A stretch of 51,953 nucleotides of DNA, the filler included, from Sphacelaria rigidula (taxonomy: Eukaryota), in assembly GCA_964200075.2 (NCBI GenBank). It is 3 parts of 3 records of this genome, joined end to end, with 100 filler letters (N's around TTAATTAATTAA, not from the genome) between each part and the next. Parts side by side here need not be neighbours in the genome. Positions count along the whole stretch, not along the records: positions 17,362 to 34,609 come from CAXNAA020001130.1; 2 more parts are not named here. One strand, written 5' to 3'. Below are positions 20,701 through 32,819 of the stretch, in pieces. The notes below the pieces were generated by a model that ran no database searches, had not been told where the DNA came from, and saw nothing but the letters and a program-made list of their open reading frames with translations. Position numbers and translations under genes: made by a program. Position 1 is the first letter of the stretch; the number at the start of each line of letters is the position of its first letter.

Positions 20701-23468
20701 CACGCGCGCTTGGACGTACGCGGCTGAAAACTCGCATTCAAGAGCAGCAGTAGTAGTACTAGCATCACCAGCAGCAGCAGGGAGAGGTCCTCATCGGTGG
20801 TGAAAGACGGTGCGCCGGAGAGCAACAACAGTCGTGAGGCGAGGCTAGCCCCCTGTCAATCGAGCCGCGTGCGCTAGGTCGCACACGACAGCAAACCCGC
20901 ACACAACAGCCGAGCATACCGGCGCAGATGACGGACCTGACTGAGGACATCAACTCCGCGACCCCTTCAGTGGCTTTCATGTCCGCTTCAGGGGAGTATG
21001 GTGTTGGAAGGGTGCACGTAATAAGGTAGAGTCGGCACCCAGAACACGCCGTGAAGTACTGGAACTGGAGAACAGAAACTGTGGGAAGAGGCTATGCAGA
21101 GTGAGTCAGTCAGTCCACTGGGGAAGTGGAAAAAGGAGCTTTTGAGGTGATAGATCAGCTCCCGGAGGGACGCAAGGCCATTTGGTACGAAGTAGTTGTA
21201 TAATTGTAAGATAGATTAAGATGGGTTAGTAATCAGGACCAAGGGTAGGATTGTGTGTTTGGGAAACATACAGCAGAATGATGTTGATTTTGACCATGCC
21301 TCCGCCCCAACCCAGCTAGTCATACGTCAACAGTACTCACTGCGTACGCGTGCCAAAATAACCTTAAGATATTTCACTTCGACGTAGAACAAGCGTCTAT
21401 TCATTCATCTCTAGAGGGGGAGTTCGCTTGCGCTTAGCAAAAGGCTGTGGTGCTTTGTCCGGACGTTATTTCAGAGTCTTGGGAGCATTATATGGACCCA
21501 AGAAAGCGGGTAGGGGGCGGAACACCAGTCTTGTGCCAGAACTCAAGAAGTGCGATTTTGAGTAGTGCTTGATGGAACCGTGTGTTCTCAGGTTGGTAGA
21601 GGAGGGCCACGTGAAAGCGTTACTGATTGCCCATGTGGATGGCCTCCTTGTGTATGTAACAAGGAGGGGTGTGCTAAGATCAGGGTAGCGTTGCTACTCC
21701 AGTTTCGCACAAAGGATCTTGGGGAACTAACATGCTATCGTGAACGTGCGTGCGAGAGTGACTGGGCCAACGGTTCGATAAGAACATTCTCGGCCCTCGT
21801 TAATAGAGTAATCGACAAGTTTGACATCACGCGCACTGCTCACATACCCGCATCTGTTGCACTTTAGAAGACGACGCAGGTGGACGAGAGTGGACCTAAG
21901 GTGGATGTGCCGTGCCCTTCAGGCAGGCGGTAGGAGCGTTAATGTCGCTGGTCAAAAACATTCGCCCCGGCATCGCAGACGCTGTGAGTGGAGTGTCGTG
22001 ACACAGCCATAAGTTTTAATATGATGACGGACAGAGGGTGGTTCGCATCTCGGAGTACCTGAATAACACGCGCGATTCAAGTATTACCTACGAGCGTAGC
22101 TCTAGTGAGGGACTAATGGCATACGTCGACGTCGACTGTGCGAACTCGGGGGGAAAACGATATGTGACACAAGGTGATTTGATGTTTGGAGGTGCAATTG
22201 TGGTTGGTGTGTCGAGGACCTGGGGCAATGTATCGTTGTCCACTAGTATGGCAAAGTACGTACCAGTTGTTCGTGCGGGAACATCTCAAACTAATCTAAC
22301 TGGATGTGGAGGAGAAGCGAACTACGGCTTTTGAACACAATTAGGGTGCCATTCAATGGGCCAACGACCCGCTAAGCGATGGTCGAAGCAAGCATCTTGA
22401 CATAGGCCACCTTTCGTTTTGTGAGCTAGTTAATGACAGGGGGATTACGTTCAAGTACATACGATACAAACAACAAAGACGCAGACATGATGACCAACGC
22501 TTTGCGTGGAGCAGGTTTCGAGTACAGTACCACACGGATGCCATAGTGAGCATAAAGTAGGCTGAGTGGTTTTCCTTTTTTTCGTTTGTCATTACGATTT
22601 TTCGTTGGTTTCTTTGGTAAGGGGGGAACTGTGTTAATCGTTCCTAAACGTACGTGTGCCTGAGTGACCAACCTTACTACGTCAAGCGCGTGAGGCAACC
22701 ATGAGTAGCAACTCCGAGATAACGAGGAGCTTTGGATTTTGCGCTGGATCGTAGTTGCGACTCACTCAATCTGCGATAATATCAGGTATGAGCTACGGTT
22801 GCCATTCATAGCTGTTCCATTCTTTTCTGCCGAATAACTCCAAGAGTCATCGACGCACAGCTTTGTGCGTGTAACGAGTTGAGGAGGGGATTCAAGTCCT
22901 GTAATTTTTCGATTGCTAAGTAGGTGAGTTTAGGGCGCTTGTGCGCAGCTGGTATGAGTATTTTTCTGGCAGATCCGGGTTTCCTCTTCTAGTCTTGGTG
23001 GCACTGTGTTGCAGACGGATTGTCAGTTCGCTAATGCTCAGCAGAACGAAGGCAGGGTGTATGCTGAAGTGATTTGCTTCAGCTCATATCGACGGGTACT
23101 TACCGAAATATATAGAACTAAGGGACGGAGGATTTTGAGCGAGGGAAATTATTTAGCTGTGCAGGCGTTAGTACGTGCTTACAGGTGAATATCTCGGATT
23201 GTTATTTGGGTTAGGCAGCTACACGAGAGTTCTCCCCAGCGTATAATGTCCCTCTCCCTTCTGGGGGTTGAGTGCCCTGAGCTGAGTTCACGAGTAATAA
23301 TATAGCTCGTGTCTAGAAATATTTTATCTTGTCTGCACACGGCTGCGCGGCAGTCGTGCGTACTGCTGTGCTAGTCGTAACGGTGAGACATGGGCAGCAA
23401 ATACAATATTTGGAGTATGACAGAAGCCAACTCGGTGGGGGAGCGGTTATCCTATCCGCTATACTACA
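17740..23468 (+). mobile_element. Decayed Ty1/copia LTR retrotransposon
   Basis: Gag zinc knuckle ECFNC/EVGHISRYCPK (~18900-18955, frameshifted). Protease region VWTAGGGPSCMTT...IANGSILPIEGYGSV...HVPMLEFNL (19158-19930, split by a MITE). Integrase HHCC FHQSYRHLNEVLLRETTK...PCHGCSPAKG (20180-20300). RT motifs PEGRKAI/GTK*LY..RTKGRIVC, FHFDVEQA, ALYGPKKAGR, IAHVDGLL and KDLGEL (21160-21740). RNase H AYVDVDCA..SLSTSMAKYV..RSKHLDI (22115-22500). PPT aaggggggaa at 22619-22628 followed by TG. The LTR limits are uncertain. Confidence 0.92.
19375..19912. mobile_element. hAT-like MITE (538 bp) inserted in the copia protease region
   Basis: Perfect 18-bp TIRs TAGGCTTTAGCTCCGTAT and ATACGGAGCTAAAGCCTA, with a perfect 8-bp TSD GCTAGAAT at 19367-19374 and 19913-19920. 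Confidence 0.95.
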
Positions 23469-23761
23469 ATGTCATAACATGTACCGGGAAAGAGATCGGT
23501 GGATCCCCTAAGACTCCGGACTCGTCCCGACTAAATTCATGAATTTACGGCGAATATATATATATATATGTGTGTGTACACACAAATCACTGTTTTATGT
23601 TCACTGATCATGCCGGATTTCAACATACTATGGTTTTTGTTTGTTCCCTAGAGCAAAGAACTGCTGTATGGCAATCCTTAGCGCTTTAATTATCTCAAGT
23701 TATTCTCTATCAATATTAATTGTATAGCATGTCACGTTTCAAGGCTCGAATAAAATTCCAT

Positions 23762-23830
23762 TCATTCTTCTTCGACATATCTTTCCATAAATCGTATGAA
23801 TCGATCCCAATCTTTTGAACTTGTTGTACG
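23762..23830 (-). pseudogene. psb28-like C-terminal fragment (possible plastid-derived insertion or co-opted last exon)
   Basis: The minus strand reads RTTSSKDWDRFIRFMERYVEEE*, matching the Psb28 C-terminal signature WDRF(M/I)RFMERYAEEN. No upstream Psb28 sequence is visible. Confidence 0.45.
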
Positions 23831-24133
23831 AGTGTTGTGGTCAAGCACGCCCACCTGCGCCATGTCCTATTTGCATACCAACCTCACAGACAAACGAAAA
23901 AACATTAATCCGGCAGACTTCGCGAGTTGTAAAAACCGATCATCCGAGCACATTGCACATCTACAAGTTCGTTTAAAAACATCTTACCTTCTATCAGATG
24001 CTGTAAGCACTGTACTGCTGAATAGTGACCACATGACGTGAAAATATCAATGCTACTGTACTTGTAAACGGTTTCAGACACGATAACGAACAATTATGCG
24101 CGCCCTTCAATATAGACAATCTTCACAACTCAC

Positions 24134-27100
24134 GTCGACCATGATCTTGAGCACATTTCTATTCCGGGTAGCCTTCAGTATTAACGCGCGCTGAATCTTG
24201 GCCCGCGCCCACCGGATCAGCTTGAAAGAGGCCGCCATTCTCCTTCGGATCTTGGCCCGGAACTGCCGCCTCCGCTCCGCTCGCTGTAGACAGATAGCAC
24301 TGCGCTGAACTAAGGCAATAAACTCATCTTTCCGCATCTCGCGGTCTATCTTGCGTGCCCTTGCTTTACGCCTAAGCTCCTCGATTTCTTCCAGTCGTCG
24401 GACAGCCTGTGCGCAGGATTTCGACAAAACCACGCCGGAGGGGGTACAGTATAAGGTGCGTGTATCTGCATGTGTACACAGGAGTATTCTTGACCGTGAC
24501 GGAGCTCTAAAGATGATCGAAGCACACGAGGGTGCTTCGCGGCCCGCTTCGCTCGCAGGCTGCATGCGATGTCAAGTGCTGTAGTAGTACTCGCAATTTA
24601 GCGTCTTGTAGATGGCGATTAGTGGAATGAATCATGTTGACGATGAAAAGAAACCGTTGTTGATGCAGTTGCAAGAGTAGCACCGGAGAAGAAGACGCAT
24701 ATGTGCATGGTCGGTGCCGCAGAAAGATAAAAATTGAAAAGTTGGTTGGTATTGATGCAAAATGGAGACTTTGTTCCGCTCGTCTAAGCCGGCATTGATT
24801 TATTATTTTATTATTGTAGGCGTCGCTACTCTATGACAACGTGGGCCACCTGCTACTACTACATAGTGGCCTGACCCAATATATACATGGCTCCTCTATT
24901 CTCCTCTATAACCTAACAATATTTTTAGGTTCTCTGAAGCAAAGTTGTCAGCGGAAGACAGCCCCTCTAATCTAACCTTACAATTTACTTTTGCTCAGAG
25001 GAAAAAAATTGTTAGGTTAGAGGGGCTACCCTCTGAACCAAAGTAGCCAGGTATGGAAACGGCGGGATGGAAAACAGAGAAATGCCCCATTTTTGGCGTA
25101 TATCCCCGGCCAATAAAAACGAAACAAAGTAAAAACCCTGGAAGCAAGCAATGATAGACAGTAGAACAGTGCAGCAACACGACTCGCGCGACCGGTGTTG
25201 CGACGATGGACGCACGCTGTCACGCGGTAGTCATGACGGTCGAGAACCAGAAAGAGACGAAAAAAAAAGAGCGTGGCCGCGGGACTGTAGGAGGACTCCA
25301 ACAGACTGGCCGTTGTGAAGAAACAGGGCTGTGATTGGGGCGCGTGTGGGAGACCGCGGAAACGCGACGTTGCCACCTCGCCAGCGCTGCGCGACGGCCG
25401 CGGCGGGGGCGATCCGCACGCGGGCAAGGTCCGCGCGACTGAGGGCAATCGCTGCGCGCAAGCCTCGCGGCGAAACGAGGCCGAGCGGCGGAGAAATCGC
25501 AGAAAAACAGCTCTAGGGCGCTGAGAGCACACGGATGCTCAATGGAGCACGCTGAGCGCTCGAGTATCAAGGTTTATAGGTTTATATTTGAAGACGAGCA
25601 CCAGACAGGCAGTAGTGGCGCTCTTATCTCCAAGTCTGGACTGAAAGACAGCAGTTGCAGGATAGCTCGCGAGTCTTGATCAATCCTATCGCTGTTGGAG
25701 ATAGCTCATCAGTGGTTTCGTCGGATAATTCTCGACCATTGCGGAAACGAACGATGAACACATTATTGATTTCGTGAGCCTTATTGCTATTGTCAGGTGA
25801 TTGATACGATATCCCCCAGATCTCGTTGGCCGTTCTAAGGGTCAGGGACACTAAACATAATTCAATCTTATCATTATATCACCAATACCGATAACCCCTC
25901 AAACCATCAATTTCATCCCATTATACACTAACATGTCAACGCTGAAGGCGAACATTAGCGCGGGATCTACCGCTCATGTGAATCCCGCGTGCTATCTCCT
26001 CCAAATACACCATCTTGAGTATGCGAAGTCGATGAATCGTTCTCCGACAGCTCGCTCACCACGCGCTACTGTGGCATCGCTAACTAGTCGTAACCCTCAA
26101 GCTTATTTTTCCCCCACACCGTAGCCCCAGTCGCCTGCTCAAATTGAGAATGCATCTACACCCTAAATCAATTCTGAATCGAACCAGTTCTTGGGAACCA
26201 ACCTTGCAGCTGTTTCTCCTCTCCTGATGAAAACTATTGTCCCTCCCCCTTCCCACACATACTCTCTGTCTCTTTCCACCGGTGTCCGCGAAAAGAGTGC
26301 TATCTTGTTCATGCCAACGCGGCGTACGATATACGCTTGCCGGCCGGATTTACATGGCATGATATTTTTGCGGCCACCTCTGTGATTGATGAGCAAATGC
26401 TCTGTACGGAATACGTTGGTTAGCCCAGGTCACTGCAAAAGCGGGCGTGGCAACGACATAGCCCAAGGGAGAACCGGAAGATAGCGTGTATCGTCGGCAG
26501 TAGTACGTGAGCCGGGGTTCCGCAGCATGAGCACATTTCTGCAAGGTCTGCCATTATGACGACTTGACATTGAAAGTTAATGTCAAAGATTGGGCGTTCA
26601 CCTTGAAACTTGATGGAACTTTTACATGAAACTTTAAACTTCACCTCGAAATTTTACCTTGCAAGTTTACTTCTCAATCGAGTCTGATCCCCCAGGGTTG
26701 CCCATGTGTTGAATCAGTATCATTTACAGTTGAAAGATGACGACCAGACTTGGGTGTCCATTTGTTGGTGTTCAAAGGGTCAACGTCGAATCCCCTTTCA
26801 AATGTTAACTGAAGGTTCGATTTGAAACTGTCCGCTCCTGAATTTTACCTTGAAGATCAAATTAAACGCTAACTAAGTTAAACGTTTAATTTGAAAGTCG
26901 AATATCTCAACAATTGTTCAATGTGAAGGTGGAAAATTAAAGTTGAGCATCCAAAAGTTTTACTTGAGCCTGCACCTGGGTACCCAACTCGTAACTTGAA
27001 CGTTCATATTCGAAGCCGAACACTCAATTCAGACCTTCGACGTCCAAGACATAATTTTTTCCAAGGTTCGGAGTCTTCGGGGTTCGATTCCACACCCATG

Positions 27101-28669
27101 GTCGAACATTCTTGTTAAACCTCCGACTCTAAATGAAAAGTTCGGGGGGGCACCAGTGTATCTCCACGTACACTGCGCGGATTTGCACGATATGAGTGTG
27201 GCCGGGGTTCTCCTACGCCTACACAATTGCAAAATGCGTGTGTGTTGTGCGTGTGTTCTCACATATTTGCAGCCTACGCGCGTATTAACAGTGCTTGAAT
27301 CCTGATCAGGAGTTTATCACACGTCACAGAATGGCTATTGTAGCGAAGACATGATTGGCTTGAGCGTTTGGGATGTTCACTGCAACCCAGCACGCTCCAG
27401 GTGCTGTGTTCTTTTCCCGGACAAGACCGTACTCAGCCGCACCGGTGCCCTTCACGCGTGCTCATCTCGGCCTGAACACACACTCGCGCAGATGGACCAC
27501 TGTGGACGATGTCGAGTACTCAATGACCGCAGAAACACAGTAGCTCAACTCCCCGTACCATCGCCTGCTTCACAGTAGGTGCTGCACACATTTACAAATA
27601 GTAGGTGTTCTATGGTACATTTACACCCCAACCATGTTCAACCGACGAATCATGGACTATCCATCTGTAATAATGGGCCATCCATCTCTTTCTTCCACCC
27701 CTCCTCGTACCTCGCCAAGTCCGCCGTGGTAGTCCTATGTGCACGGCATTCATATTGCCCACTAACCTCTTGCACGTGCCGACACTCTCTCTCGTGCTCC
27801 TTCACCAGCAGCACCTTCTTATAGGCGTCGAGCGCACTCCTTTCGCCAGCCATCAAAGACACTGGCACCGGCCTCACGCGCGCTTCCCCCTCCATCTCTG
27901 CTCTTGGTGTACGGCTCATCTCCGCCCGCGACCGTCTCTTCCCCGGGCGCAAGCCTGCCTCACCGGGGGCAGCGGCCGTTAGTGTGGCCGCCATCTCGGC
28001 TTGGTGACGTCCTGACTGTACTGTCTGTAGCGATGTGTTTGGTTCGCAACGACGTTGTCGGGGCCTCGGGGTCCCGCTCATGAAATACGAAAGTGATACT
28101 TGGGCAGGAACAGCGTCAGCAGCGACAGGCTGTTAATGGACACGGCAGCATTGTGGCTTCCGCGCTCGGTCTCGAGGTTTGGTATTTTGATGCCTGCTCA
28201 GGCCGAGCAGTCAAAAGGTACTTGCTGAAATATTATCCTCGGAACTTGTGCTCTAACGGATTGTTTTCTGATCCTGTTTCATTTCACTCCCTCACCATGC
28301 AGCTGTTCCGCTGGGTGCTTACGAGTGGTTGGGATGGTTCGCCGACAGGAGGTTGTGTGACTCCTGTGCGGTTTATAGCTGTGACATACTGCCACACAGG
28401 CAGCACTGCAATGCACAGTACAGTGCAGACCAGTGCGGGACTGTTCAGTTTAGTACACTAAGATAGTGAAGGTCACTCAAGGTGAAATAGCGTCGAGGAA
28501 TAAGCAGGTGGGCTCGCTGAGATACAGAGTACAACAGTGATGAGGTGTACAATGCGGCAGAACCTGGTGAAACACTCTCCAAGCGGTCAAGTTAACACCA
28601 CTTTCGTCGGTTACACTATCTTTTTTCGCGTCGAGTGACGCCTCCTTATCACATGTGAGAGCTTGTGTC
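24134..28669 (-). CDS. Multi-exon gene (partial) for a basic coiled-coil protein with IQ-like calmodulin-binding motifs
   Basis: Phase-compatible AG/GT exons at 28669-28564, 28317-28296, 28011-27767 and 24406-24134 give ...AWRVFHQ|HPAEQLH|GRHQAEM...KEHERECRHVQE|AVRRLEEIEELRRKARARK...SAICLQRAERRRQFRAK...ASFKLIRWARAKIQR...KIMVD. Start and end were not identified. Confidence 0.6.
26550..27052. repeat. TTGAA/TTCAA/AAGTT-word-rich interspersed repeat (intronic), related to 51050-51630
   Basis: Dense ttgaa, ttcaa and tcgaa words. The reverse complement of ~26975-27030 (ttgagtgttcggcttcgaatatgaacgttcaagtt) aligns to 51060-51095 (ttgaatattcaagcttcgatattgaaggtccagtt). Confidence 0.55.
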
Positions 28670-29662
28670 CTGTACATAAAAATGCTGCCAAAATATCATC
28701 ATCCAGTGATGAGTTAATCCGAGCGCGGGTCCCGAGCGTAGGTAGGGTCAGGGGTCGCCGTGGACACACATCGTGTTGCCTACTTGTCGTATTTTGTCCT
28801 ACCACCTACATGCTATCTTATTTACCAAGTTGCCTTACTTACTTCCGTCCTACTCCTTTACTTCCCACACTCTCGTCATGAGGCGTAGCCACACCTGTAC
28901 AGGGGGTGACCACTATTGATTTGACATGTTCACTCATAAATTCACCACTCATCTGGCCGCCGTGACCGTTAAAAGCAATTATCAACAGTCCGTTGCAGTA
29001 TTGTGTGCAAAGTCTCCCGGGCGGCCTGGTTGTGCAGCTTGACATGAGATATCCCGTGCAGTATTCTTGCTATAATCACGAAACTCTAGCCCATCACAAA
29101 TAATATGAGCCCGGAACACCCAAGCACGATGCGACGGTATATTTTCTGTGTCGATATGTGGTGAGTGGACATTGCACTGCACGTTGCTCCTCATTCTTCT
29201 TGTTTTGCGGTATACTCTGTTCTCTCTGTCTTCGCCTTCCCCCATTGATGGTCTTCCTCGGGTAGGTGATTCCGTTTTCATTGAATTTGGTACGTCTCTG
29301 TCGTGGCCGTGGCCACGACAACATCAGAAAAAGTTCGTGGCACATGGGAGATAATGTCTCTCTAGCTCAAGCTCCCAGGGGACCAGCTGCTCACCACCAC
29401 AAGACTGGAAAATAACCCGAATATCTCGGTTCAAACAAATATATGTTTATCGGATTGTTCCGTTCAAACAAACCAGCACCAGAGACTTCGGCAGGAGCTA
29501 TCTATCTCATACCGTGCTGCTTGTTTTCGCTACCACTGAAATACTTCACGCGTGTGCTTTTGCATTACTTCTGGGCGCGTGCTGCGTGCTGTGCTCTGTC
29601 TTATCTTCTAGCAAACACATACACATACCCTGCACATCATCGTAACTGGAGCAACATTAGAC

Positions 29663-29801
29663 ATGGGAAACGACAAGCGATGGCAAAATATGATGGTGGC
29701 GGCCACCTGTTCGCTGTGCTTGATGATGGTTGAGGTGGCGGGAGGTGATCGGCTGCGAACGATGAGCTTCTCCCCACCCTTCACGAAATTCAATGCTCGA
29801 G
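29663..29801 (+). CDS. Candidate first exon of a secreted L-type lectin (ERGIC-53/VIP36-like); no downstream exons found
   Basis: ATG at 29663, a signal-peptide-like MMVAATCSLCLMMVEVAGG, then DRLRTMSFSPPFTKFNARG, with a strong donor G|GTGAGA after 29801. SFxxPF is typical of the N-terminus of this lectin domain. Confidence 0.45.
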
Positions 29802-31321
29802 GTGAGATAGAGGGGAGCTTTGCGATGAGCACGGGGATGCTCGTTGTGCCGAGCAGGTTGTATTCTTGGGGGTGGTTTCTATCGTATATATACTGTGTAT
29901 TCATTTATTTTGGGGTTGCCCAACTCAGGCCGGGTGTCGATGTAGACAGTGGTGGTATAACATAGAGCCGGTACATTCTTGGGACACGGCGTATGGCCGC
30001 CTGATCTTGAACCTTTAAGCACTTATACGCCTGTATGTTGCTGATTTTGCCGCGGGATTGGATTAGTATTGTTCGTTGTGTGTATCGGGTGTAGCCAGAT
30101 GGTGCTTCGATCCGGTGATTTCCATTTTTTTTGCGGAAAGTTTCCGAGTTACCCCCCTCCCCCAACAGCCACCTGGCAGAACAAGCACAACTTCAGACAC
30201 GAACGATGCGCGTGAATACGTAGCTGTAATCTCCTCCCCTTCACAAGTCGCTGCTGCCCGAACGGGGTCTCGTGTACTTGGATTTTGGGACGGAAGGGCG
30301 ATTTCGGTTGGTTTTTGCGTCATGAACAACTGGTGGGCACAGGACACCTCTGACTGCTGACGGTCCATCGCGAGGCTTTTGTTCTTGTTCCGCACAACGG
30401 CTTCCCGTGGGGATAGATTTTTGTAGTGAAATGTGAAATTCAACCAATCAGAGGCCCTTCACTAAGGAATCGGCGGAATCTAGCGCCAATGAAATGCGAC
30501 CTTCGTACTGAATTATGTAGTGGAAAATGCTTGTGAGGGGCTCGCAGACTCGAGTGACTCCTGTAGCGCACGCCGGGACGGATAGAACAGCAGCAGAGGA
30601 ACGCAGCTGCAAGCAGACAAGCAGACAGCGAGTGGTACATCGCCGTCGCAGTTAGTCATTGCGACGTTCGTGTACAGGCATATCCCCATCATGGCATGAC
30701 TGGTTGTGCCTTTCCGTGGCCGCGAGCGCTGGCGCCGATTCCAGCGGCAGCAGCGGCAATGCTGACGGGTGTAAGCAGTACCCTGGCGGTGTATTATATC
30801 CGCACTGCGCTGTGCGTTGCTCCTTTCATGGGAGCACGGGGTATGGCCCAGCCGGTCGAGCGGTGTATACGACGCTGGTTGTGTGTCTTCACCCAGCCAT
30901 GTTCGGTATCGCGCAAGTGATGGGTCTGGGTAACATGAAGTTTTCAACAGACGGTCAAGTGTGTAGACCGGCACTGCATCCCGACTGATGCTATATTTTA
31001 CAGAGACGAATACAACCATACAACACCTCAAGCAATCTCAGCGAAGACCAAACCGTCTTCGCAACGTCTAAACACCATAGAACAGTTATAGCTACAGCAC
31101 ATGAAAGCGGACGTGAGTGTAATTGTGCTGCAGTACTGTGGAACAGGACATGTTTCATGTTTGAACTCTTCAGCTGATTTCAAAGGGGTCCTCAGTGTTT
31201 GCCGGGTGCCGATCTTGAACGCTCGGCCGTAATCGCGCTTCGCGCAAACAATTTATTATACTTCAAAATCATCCACATGCATGGGTGAAGCGCCTTTTTT
31301 CCCGTATGCGCGTTTTTCTCT

Positions 31322-32105
31322 GGCTCTGCACGTTACACGTGCCACACGTTACACCTTACGCTTTGGCCGAAACTTGACTTGAACGTTTATTTTTCTAAAG
31401 TGATGAACATAACCTAACGCAATCGTTTTTTTTCAAATGGAGCGTTAACGTAACGTTATTTTTTTAACGTGCCAAACGAAACGCAACGTGTACGTTGAGA
31501 TGTCCAAGTGTTCAAAGCACGTCACACAAAATTTTTCATGGAACGCGTAACGTCTATCACATGTTGCACGTGTTTTAGACGTTAGACGTGAATTAGACGT
31601 TACACGTTACATGAAACGTCATGAGCACGTTACATGAAGCGGTGCACACTTCAAGTTCGCAGTGAAATTTGAAATCCTATGAGATTGTGCTTCAATAAAA
31701 ACGAGTGGGTTTGCAAGAACGTAACGTGAACGTGAACGTGAACGGGTAACGTGCAAAGCCTTGGAGAATATAACGGTAATGAACGGGATGAACGATAACA
31801 CTGTCTGCAGACAAAGTAATGTTACACAATCAGATAATGCGCCTACGCTCAAACCTACGAAGGGCCGCCGTAAGCGTCACGTACACGGTAACGTCACGCC
31901 TTACATAGGACGTTACAACGCCTCAAACACCAGTGAATGAGCCGCGACATGCACAGAATGAAGAGTTACATTTGAACGTTACACGTGTCAATGAAGCGTT
32001 TTATTAGGCGTTACACGTGACATCGAAACGTTCCGTATCACGTCACATGTAACGAAACGTAACGTGATGGACGTAACGTAACGTGAACGTGTAACGTGCA
32101 GTGCC
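31322..32105. mobile_element. TIR element (GGC termini, Harbinger-like) filled with ACGTTAC/GTAACGT words
   Basis: 19-bp TIRs GGCTCTGCACGTTACACGT and ACGTGTAACGTGCAGTGCC (1 mismatch). Dozens of ACGT-core words lie inside. No clean TSD. Confidence 0.8.
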
Positions 32106-32819
32106 TTGAACTTCAGTTTTATTTTATTTTCGTTTTTTTTTTTCTTTGCACATTTAGGCGTGCTTTATGCCCCTTATTGGCGTCCTTGTTGTGGCGTTGT
32201 GGCAGTATCCCCTCACGAAGCGCGCCTTCTAGCATGAGGACAACGCGGCAAGTTGGGCATTCAAGTTCTTGTTTTTACTTTTCACTACAGAATTAAACGT
32301 TTTCTCGGTCATTGAGTTTAAAGGTCACAACCTGCACACCTACACCCTAACCCACCTACGGAAACAACAAATGTCACGACACTCATGATACATGATACAG
32401 CAGTAGGGCATCGCAGCCTTTGGACACAAGACATTGCAGCCTTTGGCCTCTCTCCGGGGTAGCTACAAGCTACAAGCTGCCCCCCCCCTCACCATCATCT
32501 ACCGTCAATCGAGATTGGAAATCTTGTGTGCGAACCACTGGTACCGATTGTACTTGATCATAAGCGCGGATGCGATCCGGTCACCTACCGCCTTCTGCCG
32601 GGAGTTCAATCACCCCCTGAAAATCCAAAACGTTCGCTCCATTGACGCGGACTATGGCTAAAAAAGTACAACATCCATCGTCACGAGATACCAACTGGGA
32701 AACCGAGATACCAGCTGGGAAACCTGTTCTTGTTGTCCCAAAAAGACGGCGACCTTCTAGGGCAGTAGGCCCGCAATGACCTCGGGGGTCACAAAGGGAG
32801 ACATAACAAGCTGGCAGAC

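Noticed and set aside
22630-23468. Exact 3' LTR call for the copia element
   Set aside because: A PPT and TG start are visible, but no matching 5' LTR is present in the window to confirm the boundaries.
27075-27095. Isolated B-box GGTTCGATTCC
   Set aside because: No A box at the right distance and no tRNA fold.
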